Part shown: in pieces, positions 41,101-55,776 of the stretch
Layout of the letters: every line of letters starts with the position of its first letter
How positions within the stretch are numbered: the stretch's first letter is position 1
NCBI GenBank assembly: GCA_002189035.1
Contig: NEEC01000035.1
Coordinates: forward strand, 1 to 64,000
Origin: Utricularia gibba
Taxonomy: Eukaryota; Plantae; Magnoliophyta
DNA: 64,000 nt
Direction: 5' to 3'
The notes under the pieces: model-generated
Told to the model about the DNA's origin: nothing
What the model saw: only the letters and a program-made list of their open reading frames with translations
The model's database searches: none
Program-made: the position numbers and the translations under genes

Positions 41101-44100
41101 CGATCGCATCGTCGCGAACGTGGTGGCCAATTTGTGGCACATCTGAAGGCTAATATAAGAGCGATAATTCGCTTGATGCATTTCGACGAAGATCTTTCTG
41201 GAGATACCGGCACAAGGAAAGATTCGAAACGGTATGCCGGGCGCAGAGCGTGACTCATCATTTCGAGGTATATCGACCGAAATTGTGCGAGGCCACCATG
41301 AGAGCTGCCAGGAGACAAGGAGAGGCAACAGAGATCGCCTCGATCCATACTTTCAGAGACCCCAATGTTTTGCAGAGGAAAATCACGTCAGGCGAAAATT
41401 CGCGTCGATGTTTCCGAGTCGCATCGTCGCGAACGTGGTGGCCAATTTGTGGCACATCTGAAGGCTAATATAAGGCGATAATTCGAGCTCTGATGCATCC
41501 TCACGGACGAAGATGCTTTCAACACGGAAGCTGACCGGCACGGAAAGGGGTTCGAAACGTATGCCGGGCTCAGTGACTCATCATTTTCAGATATCGAAGA
41601 AATGAACGGTGTGCGAGGCCACCATGAGGCTGCGGGTAGGACACACCCAGAGCTTGTTCAGAGATCGCCTCGAAAAAATACCCATGACTTCACGTCATCA
41701 ATAAAACGCAGATGTTTTGCAAGCGAAAATCACAATCGAAAATGTTCCGAGTCGCTCGTCGTGAACGTGGAAAGGGCGCACATCTGAAGGCTTCAAGATA
41801 AGGCGATAATTCGATAGTCGCATCGTCGCGATGCCAATCACATCGCTACGAAGATGCATTTCAACACGGAAGCTGACCGGCACGGAAAGGGGTTCGAAAC
41901 GGTATGCCGGGCGCAGCGTGACTTCTTTTTCAGATACGGTATACCGAACGGTGTGCGAGGCCACCATGAGGCGAGATGCGGGTAGGGACACACCAGAGCT
42001 TGTTCAGAGATCGCCTCGAAAACCCATACTTCACGTCACCCAATAAAACGCAGATGTTTTGCAAGGCGAAAATCACAATCGCGTCGATTCTCGTGTTCCG
42101 AGTCGCATCGTCGCGAACGTGGTGGCCAATTTGTGGCACATCTGAAGGCTAATATAAGGCGATAATTCGAGCTCTGATGCATCCTCGGACGAAGATGCTT
42201 TCAACACGGAAGCTGACCGGCACGGAAAGGGGTTCGATATGCATCGCCAGATATCATACTCGAAAACCGGCAGATAAAAAGCAGAAATGTTATGCGCGCA
42301 GACAATCCTCGGACGAAGCTTGGTTTTCATCGCGTCCGAAAGGCCACCATCATAGACGTGGTCAGCAGCAAGGCGAATTCACAATCGATCGACATCTGAA
42401 GGCTAACGATGAGCTCTGATGCATCGGACGAAGATGCTTCCAAAGCTGACCGATTTTGGCACATCTGAAGGTATGCCGAAGTCGCGTCGTAATTCTCTGA
42501 CTCTGGGATAATTCGAAGCTCTGTGCGAAACGGATGAGGCTGCTTAGGACTTGTTCAGAGATCGCATGATTTCATACTCGACGTCCGAGTCGCATCGTCG
42601 CGAACGTGGTGGCCAATTTGTGGCACATCTGAAGTAGGCGATCGCGAGGCGAAGCGAAAATCTGCGGGTCGCGTCACCTCTTGTTCCGAAAACTCACGTC
42701 GTCGCGAACGCGTCGGTGTTCCGAGTCGCATCGTCGCGAACGTGGTGGCCAATTTGTGGCACATCTGAAGGCTAATATAAGGCGATAATTCGAGCTCTGA
42801 TGCATCCTCGGACGCTTTCTGATGCATGCCTGACGGACGTTTTTGTCGAGGCCACCGAGGCTGGGGTAAACACGGGCTAGGAGTTCAGAGATCTTGTTCG
42901 AAACGATATCGCGAGATGTGCGAAATGAACATACGTTCACGCAAGCAGATGTTCGCGTCGATTCTCGTGTTCCGAGTCGCGAAAATCACAATCGCGAATT
43001 CTCGTGGTCTCGAAAATGTGACGTGGACCCGAATGAAGAGGCTGCAGGATGTTTAAGGCGATAATCACAATCGCGTCGATTCTCGTGTTCCGAGTCGCAT
43101 CGTCGCGAACGTGGTGGCCAATTTGTGGCACATCTGAAGGCTAATATAAGGCGATAATTCGAGCTCTGATGCATCCTCGGACGAAGATGCTTTCAACACG
43201 GAAGCTGACCGGCACGGAAAGGGGTTCGAAACGGTATGCCGGCGCAGCGTGACTCATCACTTTTCAGATATCGAAATACCGAACGGTGTGCGAGGCCACC
43301 ATGAGGCTGCGGGTAGGACACACCCAGAGCTTGTTCAGAGATCGCCTCGAAAACCCATACTTCACGTCATCCAATAAAACGCAGATGTTTTGCAAGCGAA
43401 AATCACAATCGCGTCGATTCTCGTGTTCCGAGTCGCATCGTCGCGAACGTGGTGGCCAATTTGTGGCACATCTGAAGGCTAATATAAGGCGATAATTCGA
43501 GCTCTGATGCATCCTCGGACGAAGATGCTTTCAACACGGAAGCTGACCGGCACGGAAAGGGTTCGAAACGGTATGCCGGCGCAGCGTGACTCATCACGGT
43601 TTTCAGGATATCGCCGAAATACCGAACGGTGTGCGAGGCCACCATGAGGCTGCGGGTAGGGACACACCCAGAGCTTGTTCAGAGATCGCTCGAAAACCCA
43701 TACTTCACGTCATCCAATAAAACGCAGATCTTTTGCAAGGCGAAAATCACAATCGCGTCGATTCTCGTGTTCCGATTTGCGTGAAAACGTAATGGCCAAT
43801 CGATGCCGAACGGTGTGCGAGGCCACCATGAGGCTGCGGGTAGGAGAGCTAGCATAACGTCGCGATAATTCGAGCCGAATCGAACGTGGTGGCCAATTTG
43901 TGGCACATCTGAAGGCTAATATAAGGCGATAATTCGAGCTCTGATGCATCCTCGGACGAAGATGCTTTCAACACGGAAGCTGACCGGCACGGAAAGGGTT
44001 CGAAACGGTATGCCGAAACACGGTTTTCAGACTATCACCGGCGAATGACGAGGCATACCGAGGCTGGCGGCGAGGGACGAAGAGCTTTCAACACGGAAGC

Positions 44101-47100
44101 TGACCGGCACGGAAAGGGTTCGAAACGGTATGTGACTCAGATATCGATCCGAACGTGTGCGAGGCCACCATGAGGCTGCGGGTAGGGACACACCCAGAGC
44201 TTGTTCAGAGATCGCTCGAAAACCCATACTTCACGTCATCCAATAAAACGCAGATCTTTTGCAAGCGAAAATCACAATCGCGTCGATTCTCGTGTTCCGA
44301 AGTCGCGAACGTGGTGGCCAATTTGTGGCACATCTGAAGGCTAATATAAGGCGATAATTCGAGCTCTGATGCATCCTCGGACGAAGATGCTTTCAACACG
44401 GAAGCTGACCGGCATTCGAAACGGTATGCCGGCGCAGCGTGACTCATCGATTTCAGATATCGACGAATAACCGAACCATTGTGTTCCACCCATGTCGCAG
44501 CTAAGCCGGCGTCGATACGCATCGTCGTGGCCAATTTGTGGCACATCTGAAGGCTAATATAAGGCGATAATTCGAGCTCTGATGCATCGGACGAAGATGC
44601 TTTCAACACGGAAGCTGACCGGCACGGAAAGGGTTCGTACGGAACTCACGATCTGATATGCCGAACGGAAATGAGGCGCAGATTGTTCATCGCCTTAGCC
44701 GCAGAAATCACAATCGCGTCGATTCTCGTGTTCCGAGTCGCATCGTCGCGAACGTGGTGGCCAATTTGTGGCACATCTGAAGGCTAATAAGGCGATAATT
44801 CGAGCTCTGATGCATCCTCGGACGAAGATGCTTTCAACACGGAAGCTGACCGGCACGGAAAGGGGTTCGAAACGGTATGCCGGCGCAGCGTGACTCATCT
44901 TTTCAGGTATCGAGGCGAGATTGTTCAGAGATCGCCTCGAAAACCCATACTTCACGTCACCCAATAAAACGCAGATGTTTTGCAAGGGCGAAAATCACAA
45001 TCTTGCGTCGATTCTCGTGTTCGACGAGTCGCATCTGTCACGCGAACGTGGTGATGTTTTGCAAGGCGAAAATCACAATCGCGTCGATTCTCGTGTTCCG
45101 ACATCGTCGCGAACGTGGTGGCCAATTTGTGGCACATCTGAAGGCTAATAAGGCGATAATTCGAGCTCTGATGCATCCTCGGACGAAGATGCTTTCAACA
45201 CGGAAGCTGACCGGCACGGAAAGGGGTTCGAAACGGTATGCCGGCGCAGCGTGACTCATCATCTTCAAGATATCGTGCCGAACGGTGTGCGAGGCCACCA
45301 TGAGGCTTAGGGACACACCCAGAGCTTGTTCAGAGATCGCTCGAAAACCCATACTTCACGTCATCGAGATGCAAAACGCGTCCAGAAAAAGAAGGCTAGG
45401 CGAAAAGTATGCAACGACTTGCGTCAGCTCTCACGTGTTTTTGCAAGGAAAATCACAATCGCGTCGAAGTCGCATCGTCGCGAACGTGGTGGCCAATTTG
45501 TGGCACATCTGAAGGCTAATAAGGCGATAATTCGAGCTCTGATGCATCCTCGGACGAAGATGCTTTCAACACGGAAGCTGACCGGCACGGAAAGGGGTTC
45601 GAAACGGTATGCCGGCGCAGCGTGACTCATCACGGTTTTCAGGATATCGCCGAAATACCGAACGGTGTGCGAGGCCACCATGAGGCTGCGGGGACACACC
45701 CAGAGCTTGTTCAGAGATCGCCTCGAAAACCCATACTTCACGTCATAAAAACACAAGCGAAAATCACAATCGCGTCGAAAAACGTGGTGGCCACGAAGGC
45801 GATAATTTCTGATGCATCCTCGGACGCTTTCGAAACCGGCACGGAAAGGGGTTCGAAACGATATCGACAAGATATCGATTCGAACCATGAGGCTGCGGGT
45901 GGAACGAGCTTGTTCAGAGATCGCCTCGAAAACCCATACTTCACGTCACCCAATAAAACGCAGCAAGGCGAAAATCACAATCGCGTCGATTCTCGTGTTC
46001 CGAGTCGCAAACAATTTGTGGCACATCTGAAGGCTAATATAAGGCGATAATTCGAGCTCTGATGCATCCTCGGACGAAGATTTCGCTGACTTCGAAAATG
46101 CCGGAACTCATCACGCACCGACCGAACGGTGTGCGAGGCCACCATGAGGCTGCGGTAGGATTGTTCAGAGAAAAACGGTATCACAATTCGATTCTCGTGT
46201 TCCGAGTCGCATCGTCGCGAACGTGGTGGCCAATTTGTGGCACATCTGAAGGCTAATATAAGGCGATAATTCGAGCTCTGATGCATCCTCGGACGAAGAA
46301 GCTGTTTCCGAAACTCATCGGCGTGTGCGAGGCCACCATGAGGCTGCGGGTAGGAACACACCAGAGCTTGTTCAGAGATCGCCTCGAAAACCCATACACG
46401 TCTACTGGCTCACAATCGCGTCGATTCTCGTGTTCCGAGTCGCATCGTCGCGAACGTGGTGGCCAATTTGTGGCACATCTGAAGGCTAATATAAGGCGAT
46501 GAGCTGATGCATCCTCGGAAGATGCGAAGCTGACCGGCATTCGAAACGGTATTGACGATTTCGATCGAAATACCGAACGGTGTGCGAGGCCACCATGAGG
46601 CTGCGGGTAGGAACACACCCAGAGAGAGATCGGGTTAAAACGAGAACGGCGTCGATGTGTTCCGAGTCGCATCGTCGCGAACGTGGTGGCCAATTTGTGG
46701 CACATCTGAAGGCTAATATAAGGCGATAATTCGAGCTCTGATGCATCCTCGGACGAAGATGCTTTCAACACGGAAGCTGACCGGCACGGAAAGGGGTTCG
46801 AAACGGTATGCCGGCGCAGCGTGACTCATCACGATTTCAGATATCGCCGAAATACCGAACGGTGTGCGAGGCCACCATGAGGCTGCGGGTAGGGACACAC
46901 CCAGAGCTTGTTCAGAGATCGCTCGAAAACCCATACTTCACGTCATCCAATAAAACGCAGATCAAGCCGAAAATCACAATCGCGTCGATTCTCGTGTTCC
47001 GAATCGTCGCGAACGTGGTGGCCAATTTGTGGCACATCTGAAGGCTAATATAAGGCGATAATTCGAGCTCTGATGCATCCTCGGACGAAGATGCTTTCGA

Positions 47101-47700
47101 ACACGGAAGCTGACCGGCACGGATTCGAAACGGTATTGACACATGAGCTCTGATGCAGGAGACGGAATTCGCCGAACGGTGTGCGAGGCCACCATGAGGC
47201 TGCGGGTAGGGACACACCCAGAGCTTGTTCAGAGATCGCCTCGAAAACCCATACTTCACGTCACCAATAAAACGCAGATGTTTTGCAAGCGAGTCGAATT
47301 CGTATGCCGCGAACGTAAGTGCACATCTGAAGGCAATATAAGGCGATAATTCGAGCTCTGATGCATCCTCGGACGAAGATGCTTTCAACACGGAAGCTGA
47401 CCGGCACGGAAAGGGGTTCGAAACGGTATGCCGGGCGCAACTCATCGATTTTCAGATATCGCCCGAACGGTGTGCGAGGCCACCATGAGGCTGCGGGTAG
47501 GACTAGAGCTTGTTCAGAGATCGCCTCGAAAACCCATACTTCACGTCACCCAATAAAACGCAGATGTTTTGCAAGCCGAAAATCACAATCGATTCTCGTG
47601 TTCCGAGATCGTCGCGAACGTGGTGGCCAATTTGTGGCACATCTGAAGGCTAATATAAGGCGATAATTCGAGCTCTGATGCATCCTCGGACGAAGATGCT
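35200..47700 (+). repeat. Intermediate and B1-type monomer domain
   Basis: Copy 35729-36074 mixes A alleles (aaGata, gaagaAgc) with B alleles (gctCtg, gcGtg, gatatCgcc). Copies at about 40.8, 43.5, 45.5 and 46.7 kb have all single B SNPs but keep the A-like cacg(g/a)tt(t)tcag..aaatacc block. Confidence 0.65.
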
Positions 47701-50700
47701 TTCAACACGGAAGCTGACCGGCACGGAAAGGGTTCGAAACGGTATGCCGGCGCAGCGTGACTCATCGATCTTCAAGATATCGACGAGATGCCGAACGGTG
47801 TGCGAGGCCACCATGAGGCTGCGGAGGAACACACCTAGAGCTTGTTCAGAGATCGCCTCGAAAACCCATACTTCACGTCGACCCAATAAAACGCAGATGT
47901 TTTGCAAGCGAAAATCACAATCGCGTCGATTCTCGTTCTCGTGTCCGAGTCGCATCGTCGAACGTGGTGGCCAATTTGTGGCACATCTGAAGGCTAATAT
48001 AAGGCGATAATTCGAGCTCTGATGCATCCTCGGACGAAGATGCTTTCAACACGGAAGCTGACCGGCACGGAAAGGGCGAAACGGTATGCCGAGCGCAGCG
48101 TGACTCATCAGGTTTTCAGGATATCGAAATACCGAACGGTGTGCGAGGCCACCATGAGGCTGCGGGTAGGACACACCCAGAGCTTGTTCAGAGATCGCTC
48201 GAAAACCCATACTTCACGTCATCCAATAAAACGCAGATCCAAGCCGAAAATCGCGTCGATTCTCGTGTTCCGCATCGTCGCGAACGTGGTGGCCAATTTG
48301 TGGCACATCTGAAGGCTAATATAAGGCGATAATTCGAGCTCTGATGCATCCTCGGACGAAGATGCTTTCAACACGGAAGCTGACCGGCACGGAAAGGGGT
48401 TCGAAACGGTATGCCGGCGCAGCGTGACTCATCATTTTCAAGATATCGACGAATGCCGAACGGTGTGCGAGGCCACCATGAGGCTGCGGGTAGGACACAC
48501 CCAGAGCTTGTTCAGAGATCGCATCGAAAACCCATACTTCACGTCACCCAATAAAACGCAGATCAAGGCGAAAATCGCGTCGAGTGTTCCGAGTCGCATC
48601 GTCGCGAACGTGGTGGCCAATTTGTGGCACATCTGAAGGCTAAATAAGGCGATAATTCGAGCTCTGATGCATCCTCGGACGAAGATGCTTTCAACACGGA
48701 AGCTGACCGGCACGGAAAGGGTTCGAAACGGTATGCCGGCGCAGCGTGACTCATCACGAGGATATCGAAATACGAACGGTGTGCGAGGCCACCATCTGCG
48801 GGCTAGGCGAGAGCTTGTTCAGCGCTCGAAAACCCATACTTCACGTCATCCAATAAAACGCAGATAAGCGAAAATCACAATCGCGTCGATTCTCGTGTTC
48901 CGAAACCGGCATCGTCGCGAACGTGGTGGCCAATTTGTGGCACATCTGAAGGCTAATATAAGGCGATAATTCGAGCTCTGATGCATCCTCGGACGAAGAT
49001 GCTTTCAACACGGAAGCTGACCGGCACGGAAAGGGGTTCGAAACGGTATGCCGGGCGCAGCGTGACTCATCGATCTTCAAGATATCGACGAATCCGAACG
49101 GTGTGCGAGGCCACCATGAGGCTGCGGGTAGGACACACCAGAGCTTGTTCAGAGATCGCCTCGAAAACCCATACTTCACGTCACCCAATAAAACGCAGCC
49201 GAAAATCACAATCGCGTCGATTCTCGTGTTCCGAGTCGCATCGTCGCGAACGTGGTGGCCAATACATCTGAAGGCTAATATAAGGCGATAATTCGAGCTC
49301 TGATGCATCCTCGGACGAAGATGCTTTCAACACGGAAGCTGACCGGCACGGAAAGGGGTTCGAAACGGTATGCCGGGCGCAGCGTGACTCATCACGCAAG
49401 TATCGACTGCCGAACGGTCGAGGCTGAGGCTGCGAAGAGCTAGAGATCGCCTCGAAAACCCATACTTCACGTCACCCAATAAAACGTGTTTTGCAAGGCG
49501 AAAATCACAATCGCGTCGATTCTCGTGTTCCGAGTCGCATCGAACCCAATGAGGGCTAAGCGATAATTCGAGCTCTGATGCATCCTCGGACGAAGATGCT
49601 TTCAACACGGAAGCTGACCGGCACGGAAAGGGGTTCGTATGAGAGATATCGCCGAACGGTCGAGGCCAATGAGGCTGCCATAGAGATCTTCACGTCACCA
49701 ATAAAACGCAGATGTTTTGCAAGGCGAAAATCACAATCGCGTCGATTCTCGAGTCGCATCGTTGGTGGCACACATCTGAAAAATATAAGAATAACGTGCG
49801 AAGCTGACTCGATCGTGACGATATCGAACGAACATGCTTTTGTTCAACGGGTGAAGCAAGCTGATACGGTCGAAAATTTGTGGGAAGGCTAAGGCGATAA
49901 TTCGAGCTCTGATGCATCCTCGGACGAAGATGCTTTCAACACGGAAGCTGACCGGCACGGAAAGGGTTCGAAACGGTATGCCGGCGCAGCAGGTTGTTCT
50001 GCAGGATATCGCCTCGAAATACTTGATCCACGCACAAGATGCGTCGAACGATGGTGGCCGAGGGCGGCGATAGAGGATGCAGGACCGGAAGCTGAGGCTG
50101 CGGGCCAGAGGGACGACCGAAAGACCATGAGGCTTATTCAGAGATCGCCGAAAACCCATACTTCACGTCACCCAATAAAACGCAGATGTTTTGCAAGGAA
50201 CGCGAAAATCACAATCGAAGGCGTCGATTCTCGTGTTCCGAGTCGCATCGTCGCGAACGTGGTGGCCAATTTGTGGCACATCTGAAGGCATAATAATAAG
50301 AAGCGATAATTCGAGCTCTGATGCATCCTCGGACGAAGATGCTTTCAACACGGAAGCTGACCGGCACGGAAAGGGTTCGAAACGGTATGGGCGCAGCGTG
50401 ACTCATCACTTCAGATATCGCCGACGGTGTGCGAGGCCACCATGAGGCTGCGGGTAGGACACACCCAGAGCTTGTTCAGAGATCGCTCGAAAACCCATAC
50501 TTCACGTCATCCAATAAAACGCAGATCTTTTGCAAGCCGAAAATCACAATCGCGTCGATTCTCGTGTTCCGAGTCGCATCGTCGCGAACGTGGTGGCCAA
50601 TTTGTGGCACATCTGAAGGCTAATATAAGGCGATAATTCGAGCTCTGATGCATCCTCGGACGAAGATGCTTTCAACACGGAAGCTGACCGGCACGGAAGG

Positions 50701-53700
50701 GCTTCGAAACGGTATGCCGGGCGCAGCGTGACTCATCTTGATCTTCAGATATCGACGAGATGCCGAACGGTGTGCGAGGCCACCATGAGGCTGCGGGTAG
50801 GACACACCCAGAGCTTGTTCAGAGATCGCCTCGAAAACCCATACTTCACGTCACCCAATAAAACGCAGATGTTTTGCAAGCGAAAATCACAATCGCGTCG
50901 ATTCTCGTGTTCCGATGCATCGTCGCGAACGTGGTGGCCAATTTGTGGCACATCTGAAGGCTAATATAAGGCGATAATTCGAGCTCTGATGCATCCTCGG
51001 ACGAAGATGCTTTCAACACGGAAGCTGACCGGCACGGAAAGGGGTTCGAAACGGTATGCCGGCGCAGCGTGACTCATCATTTCAAGATATCGAAATGCCG
51101 AACGGTGTGCGAGGCCACCATGAGGCTGCGGGTAGGACGCGAACGTGGTGGCCAATTCATGGCACATCTGAAGAAGCTAATATAAGGCGATAATTCGAGC
51201 TCTGATGCATCCTCGGACGAAGATGCTTTCAACACGGAAGCTGACCGGCACGGAAAGGGGTTCGAAACGGTATGCCGAGCGCAGCGTGACTCTGATCCGA
51301 GCTCTGATGCATCCTTATTTCAATAAAGCTGATGCGAGGCCACCATGAGGCTGCGGGTAGGGACACACCCAGAGCTTGTTCAGAGAAAAACGGTATTTCG
51401 GATCAATGAAACATCTGAAAATCACGAATTCACGAAGATATTCGACCGTGACGCGTCGAACGAGGCCACCATGAGGCTGCGGGTAGGGACACACCCAGAG
51501 CTTGTTCAGAGATCGCTCGAAAACCCATACTTCACGTCATCCAATAAAACGCAGATCGCAATTTGATGTGGCGCATCGTCGAAAATTTGTGGCACATCTG
51601 AAGGCTAATATAAGGCGATAATTCGAGCTCTGATGCATCCTCGGACGAAGATGCTTTCAACACGGAAGCTGACCGGCACGGAAAGGGGTTCGAAACGGTA
51701 TGCCGGCGCAGCGTGACTCATCTTGATCTTCAAGATATCGACGAGATGCCGAACGGTGTGCGAGGCCACCATGAGGCTGCGGGTAGGGACACGCCTCGAA
51801 AACCCAGAGCTTGTTCAGAGATCGCGTCGAAAACCCGATCTGACATTCACGTCATCCAATAAAATGCCGCAGACTCATTTGCAAGCCGAAGATCACAATC
51901 GCGTCGAGTCGTGTTCCGAAACTCATCGTCGCGAACGTGGTGGCCAATTTGTGGCACATCTGAAGGCTAATATAAGGCGATAATTCGAGCTCTGATGCAT
52001 CCTCGGACGAAGATGCTTTCAACACGGAAGCTGACCGGCACGGAAAGGGGTTCGAAACGGTATGCCGGGCGCAGCGTGACTCATCTGATCTTCAAGATAT
52101 CGACGAGACGCCTGCGTGATAGGCCGTCGCGACCAATTTGAGAAGCTGCGGAGTAGCATCCTCGGACGAAGATGCTTTCAACACGGAAGCTGACCGGCAC
52201 GGAAAGGGTTCTTGTTCAGAGATATCGCCGAACGGCGAACCCATACTTCACGTCATCCAATAAAACGCAGATCTTTTGCAAGCCGAAAATCACAATCGCG
52301 TCGATTCTCGTGTTCCGAGATCGCGCGAAAATCACATCTGAAGGCCGCGTCTGATGCATCCTCGGCTGCTTTCAATTTCGTCGCAGAGATGGTTATGAAG
52401 TAGAGATTCGAAAACCCATACTTCACGTCACCAATAAAACGCAGATGTTTTGCATCACAATCGATAAGTCGCGATAATTTCAATCTGACGGCGATCGAGC
52501 TGATGCATCCTCGGACGAAGATGCTTTCAACACGGAAGCTGACCGGCACGGAAAGGGTTCGAAACGGTATGCCGGCGCAGCGTGACTCATCTTGATATTG
52601 CCGAACGATGATATTGGACGCCTCGAAAACGGTGCTCACAATATAGTCGCATCGTCGCGATAATTCGAAGCTAGGCGATGAGCATGCATCCTCGGACGAA
52701 GATGCTTTCAACACGGAAGCTGACCGGCACGGAAAGGGGTTCGAAACGGTATGCCGGCGCAGCGTGACTCATCACGGTTTTCAGGATATCGAAATACCGA
52801 ACGGTGTGCGAGGCCACCATGAGGCTGCGGGTAGGGACACACCCAGAGCTTGTTCAGAGATCGCCTCGAAAACCCATACTTCACGTCATAAAACGCAATA
52901 AAAAATCGCGTCGAGATCTTTGGTGCAAGCACATCTGAAAATATAAGGCGATAATTCGAGCTCTGATGCATCCTCGGACGAAGATGCTTTCAACACGGAA
53001 GCTGACCGGCACGGAAAGGGTTCGAAACGGTATGCCGGGCGCAGCGTGACTCATCCGATATCGACGAATCCGAACGGTGTGCGAGGCCACCATGAGGCTG
53101 CGGGTAGGACACACCAGAGCTTGTTCAGAGATCGCCTCGAAAACCCATACTTCACGTCACCCAATAAAACGCAGATTTTTGCAAGGCGAAAATCACAATC
53201 GCGTCGATTCTCGTGTTCCGAGTCGCATCGTCGCGAACGTGGTGGCCAATTTGTGGCACATCTGAAGGCTAATATAAGGCGATAATTCGAGCTCTGATGC
53301 ATCCTCGGACGAAGATGCTTTCAACACGGAAGCTGACCGGCACGGAAAGGGGTTCGAAACGGTATGCCGGCGCAGCGTGACTCATCATTTCAAGATATCG
53401 TACCGAACGGTGTGCGAGGCCACCATGAGGCTGCGGGTAGGGACACACCCAGAGCTTGTTCAGAGATCGCCTCGAAAACCCATACTTCACGTCATCCAAT
53501 AAAACGCAGATCTTTTGCAAGCGAAAATCACAATCGCGTCGATTCTCGTGTTCCGAGTCGCATCGTCGCGAACGTGGTGGCCAATTTGTGGCACATCTGA
53601 AGGCTAATATAAGGCGATAATTCGAGCTCTGATGCATCCTCGGACGAAGATGCTTTCAACACGGAAGCTGACCGGCACGGAAAGGGGTTCGAAACGGTAT

Positions 53701-55724
53701 GCCGGGCGCAGCGTGACTCATCATTTCAAGATATCGACGAATACCGAACGGTGTGCGAGGCCACCATGAGGCTGCGGGTAGGGACACACCCAGAGCTTGT
53801 TCAGAGATCGCTCGAAAACCCATACTTCACGTCATCCAATAAAACGCAGATCTTTTGCAAGCCGAAAATCACAATCGCGTCGATTCTCGTGTTCCGAAAC
53901 TCATCGTCGCGAACGTGGTGGCCAATTTGTGGCACATCTGAAGGCTAATATAAGGCGATAATTCGAGCTCTGATGCATCCTCGGACGAAGATGCTTTCAA
54001 CACGGAAGCTGACCGGCACGGAAAGGGTTCGAAACGGTATGCCGGGCGCAGCGTGACTCATCTTGATCTTCAAGATATCGACGAGATGCCGAACGGTGTG
54101 CGAGGCCACCATGAGGCTGCGGGTAGGAACACACCAGAGCTTGTTCAGAGATCGCCTCGAAAACCCATACTTCACGTCACCCAATAAAACAGATGTTTTG
54201 CAAGCGAAAATCACAATCGCGTCGATTCTCGTGTTCCGAATCGTCGCGAACGTGGTGGCCAATTTGTGGCACATCTGAAGGCTAAATAAACGGTAAGCGT
54301 GAATTGAGGCACATGCATCTCTCGAAGGTATGAGAACGATGCCAATTTGTGGCACATCGGACGATAATTCGAGCTCTGATGCATCCTCGGACGAAGATTC
54401 AACACGGAAGCTGACCGGCACGGAAGGGCTTCGAAACGGTATGCGCGGCGTGACTCATCTTGATCTTCAAGATATCGACGAGATGCCGAACGGTGTGCGA
54501 GGCCACCATGAGGCTGCGGTAGGGACACACCAGAGCTTGTTCAGAGATTCAAGATATATGCCGGATGCCGAACGTGACGAGGCCACGATCTGATGCAGGA
54601 TGCGGGTAGGACGACATGCCGAGACGCTTGTTCAGAGATGCGAGGCGAACCATGAGGCTGCGGGTAGGACACACTAGAGCTTGTTCAGAGATCGCCTCGA
54701 AAACCCATACTTCACGTCACCAATAAAACGCAGATGTTTTGCAAGGCGAAAATCACAATCGCGTCGATTCTGTGTTCCGAGTCGCATCGTCGCGAACGTG
54801 GTGGCCAATTTGTGGCACATCTGAAGGCTAATATAAGGCGATAATTCGAGCTCTGATGCATCCTCGGACGAAGATGCTTTCAACACGGAAGCTGACCGGC
54901 ACGGAAAGGGTTCGAAACGGTATGCCGGCGCAGCGTGACTCATCTTGATTTCAAGATATCGCCGATGCCGAACGGTGTGCGAGGCCACCATGAGGCTGCG
55001 GGTAGGACACACCCAGAGCTTGTTCAGAGATCGCTCGAAAACCCATACTTCACGTCACCCAATAAAACGCAGATTTTGCAAGCGAAAATCACAATCGCGT
55101 CGATTCTCGTGTTCCGAGTCGCATCGTCGCGAACGTGGTGGCCAATTTGTGGCACATCTGAAGGCTATATAAGGCGATAATTCGAGCTCTGATGCATCCT
55201 CGGACGAAGATGCTTTCAACACGGAAGCTGACCGGCACGGAAACGGCTTCGAAACGGTATGCCGGGCGCAGCGTGACTCATCTTGATCTTCAAGATATCG
55301 ACGAGATGCCGAACGGTGTGCGAGGCCACCATGAGGCTGCGGGTAGGAACACACCAGAGCTTGTTCAGAGATCGCCTCGAAAACCCATACTTCACGTCAC
55401 CCAATAAAACGCAGATGTTTTGCAAGCCGAAAATCACAATCGCGTCGATTCTCGTGTTCCGAGTCGCATCGTCGCGAACGTGGTGGCCAATTGTGGCACA
55501 TCTGAAGGCTAAGATAAGGCGATAATTCGAGCTCTGATGCATCCTCGGACGAAGAAGCTTTCAACACGGAAGATGACCGGCTCGGAACGGGCTTCGAAAC
55601 GAGATGCCGGGCGCAGCGTGAATCATCATGATCTTCAAGATATCGACGAATGCCGAACGGTGTGCGAGGCCACCATGAGGCTGCGGGTAGGAACACACCT
55701 AGAGCTTGTTCAGAGATCGCCTCG

Positions 55725-55776
55725 AAAACCCATACTTCACGTCACCCAATAAAACCCATACTTCACGTCATCCAAT
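55725..55776 (+). repeat. 26-bp direct duplication inside one monomer
   Basis: aaaacccatacttcacgtcaCccaat (55725-55750) is followed by aaaacccatacttcacgtcaTccaat (55751-55776). Confidence 0.85.
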
